Source of the DNA: Epiperipatus broadwayi
Lineage: Eukaryota > Animalia > Onychophora
Assembly (NCBI GenBank): GCA_028023455.1
Contig: JAQFVV010000007.1
Span: 8,928,001 to 8,992,000, forward strand
Length of the DNA: 64,000 bases
Reading direction: 5' to 3'
Part shown: positions 40,830-52,697 of the stretch, piece after piece
How the letters are laid out: each line of letters starts with the position of its first letter
Position numbering within the stretch: position 1 is the first letter of the stretch
Position numbers and translations under genes: made by a program
The notes under the pieces: generated by a model
The model's database searches: none
Seen by the model: only the letters and a program-made list of their open reading frames with translations
What the model was told of the DNA's origin: nothing

Positions 40830-41050
40830 CTAGATCCCATTCCAAAATCCTTCACTGATGAAGCCATAATCTAGAAATTATTCTGAGGATATAGATAAAG
40901 CCACACTATATAGGAAATAGTAAGCATTACCAATTACCATCTGGCATCTATCAATTATTCAAGTTTACACTAGGTGCATAACTGGAGAAGAAGAAAAATT
41001 GCTACTGGAAAGAATTGTGTAAGTTGAGGTCATGTGACATTTTGTTGGTT
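40830..41050 (+). repeat. Dispersed family A copy with hammerhead relic at 40849-40889
   Basis: CCTTCA-CTGATGA-agccataatcta-GAAAT-TA-TTC-TGAGGA. Downstream sequence resembles other family A copies. Confidence 0.65.
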
Positions 41051-41850
41051 TATCATTATTATTATTTTTAAATTATGTCTAATTTGAATTTTCTCTTTTG
41101 TGTTATTTAGTTAAAAAATTTCTGAGTAATTTTAATCTGCTGCTAAATTCAAAATTTATTTTCTCTTTTCTTTGATTACAAATTAATAAGCATTCTTATA
41201 TGGATATATTTTGAAAACACAATAAATCCATTAACAGTTAAAATTCATCTTTACATGCATATTCAAGCAGTGATGCTAAAGTTATATATTTAAGTAAAAT
41301 CATTTATATATATATATATATATGCAATCATTAAAAACCAGCCAACCGTTAAACAATCTGAATATCAATAATATTCAACAATTTCAAACTTTTGTCAAGG
41401 CAACTTCCTTTTAACAATATATATATATGTGTGCAAGTAAAACAATAAGAGGACTGCTTTTGGTAAAAAAAAAAAAAAAAAAGATTGTATTTATGAAAAA
41501 TATGCTTTAATTATTCTAATTTGCTTTCAAAAATATATATCTGCAAAAGAATGAAGGTGAAAGTGTGAAGTTTATTCTCATATTCAAAGTAATTAAACAC
41601 AAATACATAGATCGAAAAATGCAATTTTTCACATAACAAAATAATCCCAGACTAGTGTCTGACATTACCATAGATGTGACAAACCCAAAACAGAGAATGA
41701 TATAAGATTGGCAAGACAGAGGAGAAAATCTCATGTCACATGGGAATAAAAAATATTTAAACAATAAGATATCATATAACCCATCTCTGCATAAGCAGTG
41801 GTCTTATGGATTATGAACCAATCCTGGCCAAAAAATAAAAGTATCTCTAT

Positions 41851-42526
41851 CAGAGGTGGATTAAGTGATAAGCAAACTAAATGGCCACATAAAGCCCTGA
41901 GGTCTTAAAGTGTCTTTTGAGGTAAATTATTTTTTGATTGGAATTTATCAACGGAAGATAAAAAGATCATGGTAAAAAAGTTTAAGGATATTTACAAAAA
42001 TGACATTGATGTTTGTAATTTTGAAGATGAATTTCGCCATTTTTTGATATTTCTAAAAGAAAGTGAGGACACCAGACATCTATCGAGCCACCAAAAAAAT
42101 TGTCTTGCACATTTCTGAATGTTGAAATATTGTTGAAATTTTTTTTAACAATTCCCTTATCTAATGTGTCAGAAGAAAGATTGTTTTCTGTTTTAAAGCA
42201 TGCAAAAAATTATTTAAGGAGTATTATGGAAAAAGAAAGATTACATAATATAGCCATTCTAAATATAGAGCAGGAAATTTTAAACTGAATTGACACTACA
42301 AAAATAATTGATGAATTTGCAAGAAATAAAGCAAGATGGAAATTCATGAAAAAAAAAAATGTTCTTTAATAAATTCATTTAATGTATTATGGTATGAATT
42401 TTTGATTACTTTTCTTTTTTGTTAATAACTTAATAAGAGTTTACTTGAATTTTTTTTTTCTAACTTAAATTTGAGGACCCCGAAATTTTTACCACTTGGG
42501 GCCCCACTTGGCTTGACCCACCTCTG
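41851..42526 (+). mobile_element. Internally deleted hAT DNA transposon with C-terminal dimerisation-domain remnant
   Basis: TIRs CAGAGGTGGATTAAG (41851) and CTTGACCCACCTCTG (ending 42526). Flanks ATCTCTAT/GTCTATAT match 6/8 (degenerate 8-bp TSD). Translation TFLNVEILLKFFLTIPLSNVSEERLFSVLKHAKNYLRSIMEKERLHNIAILNIE...IDEFARNKAR is a typical hAT dimerisation motif. Confidence 0.88.
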
Positions 42527-42689
42527 GTCTATATTTATGTTGAAGAACTAAATCCATAATAATATACAGATACAGAACTGGTTTCAAACCTAGATAACTA
42601 AACAGGCATGTTGGGTTAGATTGTATAATATAAATGTTTTTAAATTTGGGCTTGTTTGTAGCTTGATCACAAAAGAAAAAAGTAAAATA

Positions 42690-42794
42690 TGGCTGTTAGA
42701 CCAAAGGTACATTAGATCCAGAAGATTTAGGTGCACTTCTTCAACATCAAAAAACTCCTTATCGATGAAAACCCATAAAATAGAAGTTTAATAT
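42690..42794 (+). repeat. Family A copy interrupted by the LTR element (continues at 55753-~55810)
   Basis: GGCTGTTAGACC...CATTAGATCC...GGTGCA...ACTCCTTATCGATGAAAA...TAGAA matches 37552-37637. The right flank GATTTAATAAGCACTACCATTTGACATCTAT matches family A sequence at 9695-9725. Confidence 0.6.
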
Positions 42795-45700
42795 TGAAAT
42801 GGTCAGTTTCATCCATCTGCCTGTTTCACTTATTATACCCACATATCTATCTATATGCCAGGTTTAAACCTCCCAGAGTACCCATCTGAATAACATTTAA
42901 ATTATTATATATGCAGAATCACGTATGTATATATATATATGCGAGAAGTATGTCTGTAGTTTAATTGAATATGTATAGATTACAGATATGTATCAATTTT
43001 ATAAATATTTCTAATTTGGAAAATATTTTATAAAATTGAATATGTATAGATTACAGATATGTATCAATTTTATAGGTGTTTCTAATTTAGGAAATATTTT
43101 AGTCTAAATTATAGTTATGTTATTGATATATTTTACAGATATGTATATTCAATTTATAGATATTTCTAGTTTAAGAAATATTTTAGTTAAATTATTTAGC
43201 AACTTTATTGTTGTATTATTGAAATCGTGTACGTATATTTCCTGTTATTCTGCATTTATTCTGCCACTTGTGATTATAAAATGAGTCTTCTACTAGTTAC
43301 GAAAGTAACTAACATTTGATTTTGTAAACAGATTTTAATGTAAGTCATGCATTTGTTCCTAAAATAGCTGGATGTTATTTGGTAAATATAAAATGTTAAC
43401 AACAATATAAGCAGGAAAACAGAATCTAAATTACTTTGTTATAACTAAAATTGTTTTTCTAAAATAAATGAGTTTTTCTACCGGTTGTAATTATTAAATG
43501 TTTTGCTAAAGTAATTAAATGGACTTTTCAGCTACATTCAAGCTCGTAAAAATTAACAGGTGGACAGAGTTTAAAAAGTATAAATACTTAAAGTTTTATT
43601 AACAAAAAAGATCATATATATATATATTAAGTGAACTGTAAGCCGAATCCACGTCGGTTTCACCCTAAAAGGATTGAGTAGGACGGCGACAGATCACCTC
43701 TCGGCCCTTAGCCGGAGAATGGAGAACTTTGGTCCAATGAAACCTAATGCCATAACCAGCAAAAGTAGCCAATGAAAAATCTCTATTAACTGTGCATCAT
43801 CATCAAAAGTGTCATCTTAATATCCTCCCAAGTGCTTCAAAACTAGCTGCAATGGAAACAACAAATGGTAAAATTTTTCTCAGAGCTCTGTTTATAAACT
43901 GTGACTTTTGTTTCTTTCTTTTAAAAGCTAGCTATTCATTAAATCTGCCTTTCCCAAACATCTTTACTAAAATCTACAAAGAAGATTGTTAAATGCTAAA
44001 TCTTGCCTGATTGTAAAATGCTAAATCTTGTCTGATTGTAAAACTTGAATTCTCTTTTATCGTGTAAAACTTGAATTCTCTTTTAAAATGTAAAACTCCT
44101 AATAATCTATTTTAAATGTATAATTGTCTGCGGTCTTTTTATGCCTATTTCTAAATCTATTCAATTTATTCTATGATTTTATCATTTTAATATTATATGT
44201 GTTTAATATGCCAATTGACTCCAAACGACAAGTATTTATAAATATAATTTTAGCTTATCGATTTGCGAAGATAATTTCAAATCTTCGCTATAATTTAATA
44301 TTAAATAATTGAATTATTATTCTTCATTCTCACTCGCTGTTTTGAGATCATATTATTTTACTGATTAAGTTTTGGGTATTAATATTACAATAATCAGTTA
44401 TTTAGTTATTTTATGTAGTTTGCTTAATTATAGTTATGAATTATAACTATTTATATATGTAACTCGTATATCATCGGAACTAGCTACAGAAATATTCTCA
44501 AAGCATATCTTAATGTTTTACTCGTAAATACCCCGCAAATATGCTTTATCATCCTTAGATTTATTTATGTTGAGACGCAGGTGATAATATTAAACTAGGT
44601 TACTACTTAATTTAGTCCCTAAATAGTATATTTAAAATACTAAATTTGAAAGCTGGGTTATATAGATATGCAAATAGACGCTATCTAATTTTAAGGCATG
44701 GTAATATAATGTTATGCAATTGCGTTATATATGTATAAGTTGCAGATGTGTCCTTACAAAGTACACAATGTACACTTATTGGCTTGCTGCATGATTCTCG
44801 ATGACGTGTTGGCAGAGGTCACTCTCATCCACTTTAGTTCGGGTTCAAGCACACTTTTAGAACTAGGGCACAAGGACCTAGATAATTCATAATGCTTATC
44901 CGACTACCTGAACTACTAATGTTCTTATTCGTGGCAAGTTGAGCGGTCTTAGTGCAAACCGAGTCTTTGGTGACTGAAGCCCGTGAATAATGACCCATTC
45001 GCACCTTTTTGCTTAATTAATATTTTAATATGTGCCATAGAGGATATAGGTAAACTTATCATAAACCAATTTTCTTTCCTTTTATATTAAATACTTATCT
45101 AGCATTAGTGTACATCCTAATCTAGGTTAACACGCCAACCTGCTTATCTCTGAGCCTAATTATATGCTCGATTTAACTTTGTATAGATAGACACCATAGG
45201 AGCGCTATTATAGTTAGTTATATAACTTTGGCTATAAAGTTCTGTTTGATCTAGCAGACTACAAAAGAGCTAGAAATTTGGCATATTAATTAATATAGGC
45301 ATGAAATTCCAATATCGCACTATACATTATTAAACGCTTATAATGAGATATGTAACATTGATCCCAGCAGTTATCTAATGCCTGTGAGCATTATATCTCA
45401 CATTCCCATCATATAACATGGTATGTTTTGATTTATTGTTTGCTATTGTTTTATTAAATTAATATTTAAAATTATAACTCGTTTGCGTATTTTATTGTCC
45501 GTGAATTCATTTTTATCCAACTCTATATTTAATTGCACATACACCATTTTGTATGTATGTAGATCAGTCTGTTAAGTTCTATAATTAATTACTTAGCCAT
45601 ATGTGTATATGTCTGACCAAATCAGTGATAAATTAGTTAAATTATGAGTTTTTTGTTCTACTGGGGGTGACTGCCGAACCAAGGGTAAATTGATTGTCTG

Positions 45701-45866
45701 TGTATGTTGAGGCATGTCATCCATAGGGTATTAAATCATTGAGCATAGGTGAAAGGATTGAATGTTGGTCAGATTCTGGATCACAGCATCCGGATTCGAT
45801 CAGCTTTAGTGTATTTTTCCTATGTTCTAGATTTTGTTACATGGAGGGGCAATTCTTACTGTTACA
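42795..45866 (+). repeat. 5' LTR (3072 bp)
   Basis: TGAAATGGTCAG...TTACTGTTACA. Colinear with 52698-55752. Contains a ~70-bp x3 repeat (~42960-43190) and 24-bp duplications (~43990-44100). Confidence 0.95.
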
Positions 45867-45889
45867 TAGGTTTTTTTTTCTCTAAGTTC

Positions 45890-45907
45890 TGATCGCCCAA
45901 CTGAGGC
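45890..45907 (+). promoter_or_regulatory. Possible degenerate tRNA-Lys primer-binding site
   Basis: TGATCGCCCAACTGAGGC versus the tRNA-Lys(CUU) complement TGGCGCCCAACGTGGGGC. It lies 23 nt from the LTR end, which is atypical. Confidence 0.3.
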
Positions 45908-46949
45908 AGTTACTTAGTTACACAACCTTAAGCAAACCATGAATGAATCTGGCATGAGAGAGGGAAAATGCATATGTAAATTTTTTCCTCCGGGTTCTGA
46001 TGCACCAACTAGGGCTTTCGAATATAAACTTGCATACCTGAGAGGGGATGTTGACATGGGTGTGTTCCCATATCACTTGTTGTATGTGTGTAATTTTTTT
46101 CTGGGTTCAGAACACCCAAACTTTTGAGTCTATTCGATTACTCCCACGATCATGAGCATGTTAGCTATATATGTTTATGTGAATTTTTTCCTTCCTGAAC
46201 CGAATATATGTGGAGAGAAGGGATGTGCATATATGTGTGTATAATTTTTTTTTCTGAGTTCTGATGCTGTAAATTAGGAATTTCGGATAGTATACCCACA
46301 CTCCCTTTGATTGATGAATGTATAAATTATTTTTCTCTCCAGGTTCTAGGGTTTCAATTGTATAAATCACACATATATCCTAAGTAAAATATTTTTTTTC
46401 TGAATTCAGGCTACAGAGTAGAATAAATTTTAAAAGCTTTGTTTTTTAAATCTCTCAAAATATATATATTAGTTGTCGTTTTTTTGCTCAATTCGTTAAT
46501 TATTTTCCACTACCTTGAATCGAATGTATGTGGAAATAAGAAATATATTGTAACTAGCACAGATGTCATTATATTGTTTTTTTATTAGTAAACATGGAAA
46601 AAATAAAAGTTCACAAATAAAACTTCTTTTTTTAAGAATTAAAAATTGAAAATTCAAATTCTATACTAAACTCGTATTTATATAAAATTGCACAGATGAA
46701 AAAAATTATTAAAATAAAACTTTATTAAAAATAGAAAAGGTATTGTAAAAGCAAAAACTTAAAAAAGATTTAGAGATAAAAATATATCTTTAAGTTTGAA
46801 AACAAATTAATTAATGTTATTGAAAAATGGAAATGATTACTTTAATTAGTCAATGTAAACTAGCCTTGGGCATTTAAATGTATAAGCAATGGTCAGATAG
46901 GAGAGAAAAACAATAGAATCGGACCGGACCTCAGCAAAAGGACCATCAC

Positions 46950-47022
46950 ATCGATGACGTAATGTCAATTGAATCCTTAAAATTAATATAAAAGGAAAAG
47001 TTCAGAAATGATTGAGTTAGTT
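46950..47022 (+). promoter_or_regulatory. Candidate internal Pol II promoter inside the LTR element
   Basis: CRE-like TGACGTAA (~46955), TATAAAAG at 46987-46994 and Inr-like TTAGTT at 47017-47022, about 30 nt downstream of the TATA. Confidence 0.35.
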
Positions 47023-50000
47023 ATTATTAAGAGATGACAGTGTTTTAGTGTGGAGTGAAGGAGAAGGGATTGAAAAGACGCACTCTTCAATCTCGTTAAA
47101 AAAATGAAAGAGAAATGATATCGTTTTCCTAGATTGTGGACCATAGGACATCGAGGGAATTAATGCTGGCTTCAAATGGCAAGAAACTGCAAGAAATTAG
47201 AAACTATAGACTTGTTAAAACCGTAAGAACTTTATAAAATCTAATGAACAATATTAATTTGAAAACACTAAGAACTTTAAAATGTAAACTTTCCCAGTAT
47301 TTAATTTATAGAAATAGAATCCTATCTGACCAAACTAAATTCGTTATTAATTCTTTTTATTTGATGTATTTCTTTTTAAAATCATTTCCATTTATTTTTT
47401 TTGTTCTTTAAGTTTTATTTATGATTTTTGTTTTGCGATAAATTAAATTATATAAATGTTAAACTTAAGTCGGGTATGAATGGCTATATGGATGTGTAAA
47501 GTTATATTAGGGGAGGGTAATCTTAGGTTATTTGTTTTGTAGTTGAATTAGGTCAACGGATTGGATATATTGGCATAATTAGTAGATGTAGTATGAGGTT
47601 TGCTACAGGCAGAATCACTTATATATGCTGCACACTCTCATTTTGCCTACGGAGGGAATTATAAGATGGAGACCGCAGTTCCTTCCTATGGAGTTTTTTT
47701 TTATTGCTCTTATTGTCAGATAGATGTAGTATTCCTATCTGATGAGAGGCAATTTCTTCTTTAACTATACTGTTCAGATATCTATTCCTGACAGTATAAT
47801 ACATTGTGCTGTTGTATTTTCATGCTATATTCAATACATCAATGTATCAGATGGATTGACGCCGGTTTGACTGCGAACTTTTGGCCTAAGGTTAAATAAG
47901 GATAGAATTTTTTTTTTTCAAATGCAAATCTATGTAGTCTATTCATACTCAACACTCTAAATAAAAATGCACTAAATTTAAGTTGGGTATAGACACTTTC
48001 ATGGGTTCATTACCGGTTAATTATGTTTTTGGTTTTCATATTTGATCAAAATATATAGACATTCGGTAAATACTGATACCTTATGGTGAGTATCTAAGAT
48101 GTATTTATGTCAGATGTTTTTTAAGTTATTGGTGTAAATGGGGCATCTTATGATGAATGCCAGTGGGTTTCTTATAAATTTCCCTCTGCATTTCCATCAA
48201 TGACTTTATATTTTGAAATGTTTTTGACTGTGTGATCTATGTAACCGATCTATACTCAATATTAAAAACACATTTTATAAATCCATCTGTGCAAACTCAT
48301 AAAATTTAAAATGTAAACTTATAAAAATTAAAATGTAAAATCAAATTCTAAAATAAAGTTAAAATTATAAAGTAAAAGTAATGTTAAAATGATTCAAAAT
48401 TTATATGTGCGTTAATAAATGTTCGTGTGTATAATTACTGGCAGTGGCTTATTTTATTCTTTTTAAAATATATATATATTCTTAGATAAGAATTTATAAA
48501 ATATAAATCTCTGCTATTCCACTGAGCTAGTGACAATGGGCTAATGACCGAAATCAACCAATATAAAATAAATAAATTTTTTTTGAACTTACATATCTGC
48601 CTACTATATAAATTTTTCTAGGCTCAAATGCCTAGATGGTGCCCTTGTAGTGCATATTATGTTAAGCCACTTCTCTGGATAGTTATAATATAATTATACA
48701 ATTTTTTTTCTCTCGGATTATAAACGCCCAGATGTTAGATTTCGGTAATTGTTTTACACGGCTGTTAATTGAATGCATGTGAGCAGAGAAAAAAGATAGG
48801 AAGGGGATAGATATATGTATGTGTACTAAATTTTTTTTCCAAAACAATATGTATCGATTTTTTTCTCCGAGTTTTTGACATGATAATATGGATTTTGTAA
48901 TGTAAACATGCACATACCATGGATGCTAATTTCGATTTTGGAAAGAAAAATAAAACAGAAAAGAGTTTTTTTTAAGAATATAAAGTTTTTTATATATGTG
49001 TGTGATATAAATCTTTTTAAACACGATTCCGGATATCCAAGCATGAAATCCTCGATCTAGTTCACACACTGAAGATGCGGGTATGTGTGTGCATAATATT
49101 GACTACTTAACGCATGTAGAATTTTTCGTCTTGCTTTGAATACTTTATTGGGGAGTAGTGATTTATTTCATACACTGAGTTGGTCCATAACTTCTCACTC
49201 TGTGTCAGTAATTATATACATATATGAAATTTTTCCAGATTTTTTTTTATATGCCATAACTTCTGTTATCAAGATATGTTATATGTATGTTTATAATATA
49301 TTGACGCAGGATATATCATGTATTAATAAAAATATTTTTTTGTTTGGATTCAAACTTTGTCAAATCGTAAATCCCATTAGTCGTAGGTTCAAATTTTAAA
49401 ATAATATGGGGATATAAAATATTTTTTCCCAGATTATATATGTAGAATATTTTTTTGATTGGCATATACTGGAGGGTTTCTAATGATTTTTTCCTTGGTG
49501 GCACAGAGTTGTTGGTATATATGCATGGGGCTATTTAAGTGAAATACTTCATTATTATTGGAGTGGTCTAATAAACAATTGAAATTTTTTTTGGTATATG
49601 ATGTGCATAAGCTTAATTTTACTTGCTCACTGATGAATGGTGCTCAGAGAAGAATATATGTCTCTCATAATAAATGTTGTCATCAGGAGTGAGAAAAGCA
49701 TATTAATAATAAGGGAAATCCAACGTTTTTTTTTGGTAATATTTTAGAGTTGGATACGGACAATGAAATGAGTTGGGCAAGATTCATAAACTATGTTATT
49801 GTGTGGGTACTCAAATAAAATTAAAACTGGCATAGTAATGATAATAATAATATTAAACACAATAATAAATCTTTATAAAAAAATTTTTTAATAGAAACGA
49901 TTGCAATTGATTTAAAAAGAAACAGGCACTTGGTAAGAATAAATGTTATTTTACTAAATATTGATTCATGAATTTTATATAGCTTATATTTTAAATTTCT

Positions 50001-50281
50001 GGTATTATAATTTATGAACTATATCTATATTAGGCAGAAAATTTAATAACTATATTGGGTGTAGTAATTTGACTAAATTGTTGTAGTTAAGTATTACACT
50101 ATATATAATGGAGATAGGGCAAGTTAGAAGTAGGCCGAGGCTATCGGATAGTTGGACCATGGGTGGAACCATTCCTAGAGGGGAGAGTGGTGATAAACCA
50201 TGGTAACTAGATATTGCAAAACAAAAGAATGGGTATTGGTACAGAGAAAAAGAAGACCCCCTATATTTTAAAAATCCCTCC

Positions 50282-51829
50282 ATGGTACAACCGGCCATAA
50301 ACATACAACCTGTTATGGATGCAAGCCTTCTTTCCATGACTTCCCAAATGCAAGAGTGGATGAAAGAAGATTTAAGGAGGTCGGAAAGGTTCGATCGAAG
50401 CCTAAAAACCATGAACCGAAACATAATGGCAATGAATCAAGGGTTGGAGTCGGAAATTGAAAGGGGTTTGGCAAAAGGCCGACGGACGATGACAAAACTC
50501 ATGGAAAGTTTCAGAGCCAGAGATAAGAAGGTAGGCAAAGTACCACAAGAAAGTTTAGGGGAGTTAAAGGCAGATACAGTCTTAAAGACCCCAGAGATAG
50601 ATCAGAAAGAAAGAGAAGAAAAGGTTAGAAAAGATCAGAAAACAAAGAGGGATAATGTAGATAAAATAGAGGAGTTGAACAAGCAAGAGAGTACAGAAGA
50701 TCAGATGTACCAGAGTATAGTAGAAACCAAGAAAGGTCCATTTGAGCAAGAGTTAATAAAGAAAGAGATAGAGATGAGGATAAGGAAAGAAGGTACTCAA
50801 TCGGCCGAGTATATTACAGGTAGTAATGGTATAATGAAAGAAGAAAAAGATAAAACAGAAGAACCAGAGTATATGCCTGAATTAGAACAGGTTACAAAAA
50901 CTGTACAACTTACAACCCAAATTATACCAAAGGAAGCAGAAACAGGAGTTGAGATTAAGAAGGAAGAAATAGAGGTTATAAGAGAAACTATAGAAAGTGT
51001 GAGCTCACCTTCAGAAAAACTAGCAGAAATTCATAAAATTGCCAAAGGAGAAGCTGGACTTGATGAACAGACTGAGGCACAGATAATGTCAATTACAGAA
51101 AGAGAATTCAGAGAGATGAATATACCAGTCGAAAAGATTGAGTTAGGAGCCATTGAAGAAAAGGTCAAGCCAAGTACTTCAGAGAGATTGGGGGTAAAAA
51201 TTGCTAAGGAGAAAGAGGACAGTGTGATGGGAAAGGAAACTATTAAATTAATTCTATTAAGTGAGGAAGAAATAGTGCCCATCATACTTGAAATTATGGA
51301 ACCTTTAAAGAGAGCAGAAAAGCTGGAAGTTGTCAGTGATGGAACAGAAAGATTAAAAGTTGATTTAGAAATGATTGGAGAAAGGGAAGAACTGCTTTCA
51401 GAAATAATCACTGAAGTAGAATATATTCCAACAAAAGAAATAGAAGGGGCAGAGATGGTAATTCCAGCCAAAGTACTAGGTGAAATAGTTGGACAAATAG
51501 AGCTTCACCAGGAAGAGAAAGAAACTGAGAAAAGTCCATCTGAGTTAGGAATATTGAGTGGAGCTGAAAAAATTACTATCATTGAACTGGAGGTTGGTAA
51601 CAGTAGTCCCACAGTGAGATGGAGTGTGGCACTGCTGGAACTTGATTGTAGGATGGTATATCACTCTGGTCAGGAAGTCCTGAATAGTATCAATAGACAT
51701 CCAGTAAAATTTAAACACATAAAATACCAACAGTTGGCAGTGTTGACTAATATGGTGGGCAGTTTAGTCAAGTGGGATTTCAGACTTTCATTGCTGGCAG
51801 GGCAGACCTCCAGAGTCCTTAGAAATTAG
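50282..51829 (+). CDS. Glu/Lys-rich 515-aa protein of unknown function carried by the LTR element
   Basis: Only long ORF in the window, with purine-rich coding-like composition. The frame extends upstream to an ATG at 50108 through a single TAA at 50204-50206. Confidence 0.7.
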   Translation: MVQPAINIQPVMDASLLSMTSQMQEWMKEDLRRSERFDRSLKTMNRNIMAMNQGLESEIERGLAKGRRTMTKLMESFRARDKKVGKVPQESLGELKADTVLKTPEIDQKEREEKVRKDQKTKRDNVDKIEELNKQESTEDQMYQSIVETKKGPFEQELIKKEIEMRIRKEGTQSAEYITGSNGIMKEEKDKTEEPEYMPELEQVTKTVQLTTQIIPKEAETGVEIKKEEIEVIRETIESVSSPSEKLAEIHKIAKGEAGLDEQTEAQIMSITEREFREMNIPVEKIELGAIEEKVKPSTSERLGVKIAKEKEDSVMGKETIKLILLSEEEIVPIILEIMEPLKRAEKLEVVSDGTERLKVDLEMIGEREELLSEIITEVEYIPTKEIEGAEMVIPAKVLGEIVGQIELHQEEKETEKSPSELGILSGAEKITIIELEVGNSSPTVRWSVALLELDCRMVYHSGQEVLNSINRHPVKFKHIKYQQLAVLTNMVGSLVKWDFRLSLLAGQTSRVLRN

Positions 51830-52193
51830 GCAGCTGTTCAGACAGGAGCATAGGTTTATCCAAAGCAGTTATAGTAGGTTAGATGAAAATCAAACTGTGG
51901 CTCCTGGTCTGAAGAAGCATTGGTTTTGCTGTGAACCTTGGAGGACCATTGAGAAACCATTTGGCTGGTCTGATTTACATGCCAATATTTTGACAGTGTT
52001 TCACAAGAAACCACCAGATAAGCCATCCTTTGGGTTTCTTTTACAGTACTTACCCTTCAATAAATGGGATCAACCCCTGATCAAAATATCACATTACTGG
52101 CATATTGACAGAGGTAGAGATTGGTGTGCTGCCAAGATCCAATTTAAACCTAAGATGCCAAGAGTGATGCCATGGGGGAAGACTCATATGTAA
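51768..52193 (+). pseudogene. Overlapping +1 open frame, a probable frameshifted C-terminal continuation of the Glu-rich ORF
   Basis: Stop-free from 51768 to the stop at 52191-52193 (SSGISDFHCWQGRPPESLEIRQLF...KKPPDKP...MPWGKTHM), overlapping the end of the 515-aa ORF. Confidence 0.45.
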
Positions 52194-52682
52194 ATAGGAC
52201 ATGGGAAGATAAGACTGTATTGAAAAGTAAAATGATGGTTATAGGTTTGTACCATCCTCCTAGACTAAAGCCAGATATCAAACAACCCTCTGATCCTACC
52301 TAAACTATCATAAGTACATGGATCAAACCCCTACCCTTGCCCCTTGCATATTAAACTAACCAACGCTGGGGTTTACTAACAACATCTAATTACTTTTACA
52401 TTTGTTTTTTGTATCACTTTAGAAATAATTTATATATATAAATTTGCAATATCTTATTAGTTTAGGAGGTTTTTTCTGTTGTTTTATATATCTATTTCTA
52501 ATCTAAGTTGTTTTTTGGGGTGGAGCATGAGTGTAATAGTAAAGCAAGACTAGGAATACTTTGAGATATGTCAGGATAGGAGTAGTTTTGAATTTAGTTG
52601 TTTAAATGAAAACCAACATTTGATCATTGATCATTAATAATCCAGATTGAGTAAAGGCATTTTTTTATTTGTTTTTTTTAAA

Positions 52683-52697
52683 CTAAGTTTGGGGATA
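52683..52697 (+). promoter_or_regulatory. Polypurine tract upstream of the 3' LTR
   Basis: CTAAGTTTGGGGATA immediately precedes the TG at 52698. Confidence 0.6.

Noticed and set aside
49628-49700. CTGATGA at ~49630 (and others at ~56575 and ~60299) as hammerheads
   Set aside because: No correctly placed stem II plus GAAA and NUH.
50050-51730. Minus-strand ORFs of 124, 60, 146 and 61 aa
   Set aside because: Antisense shadows of the Glu-rich ORF.
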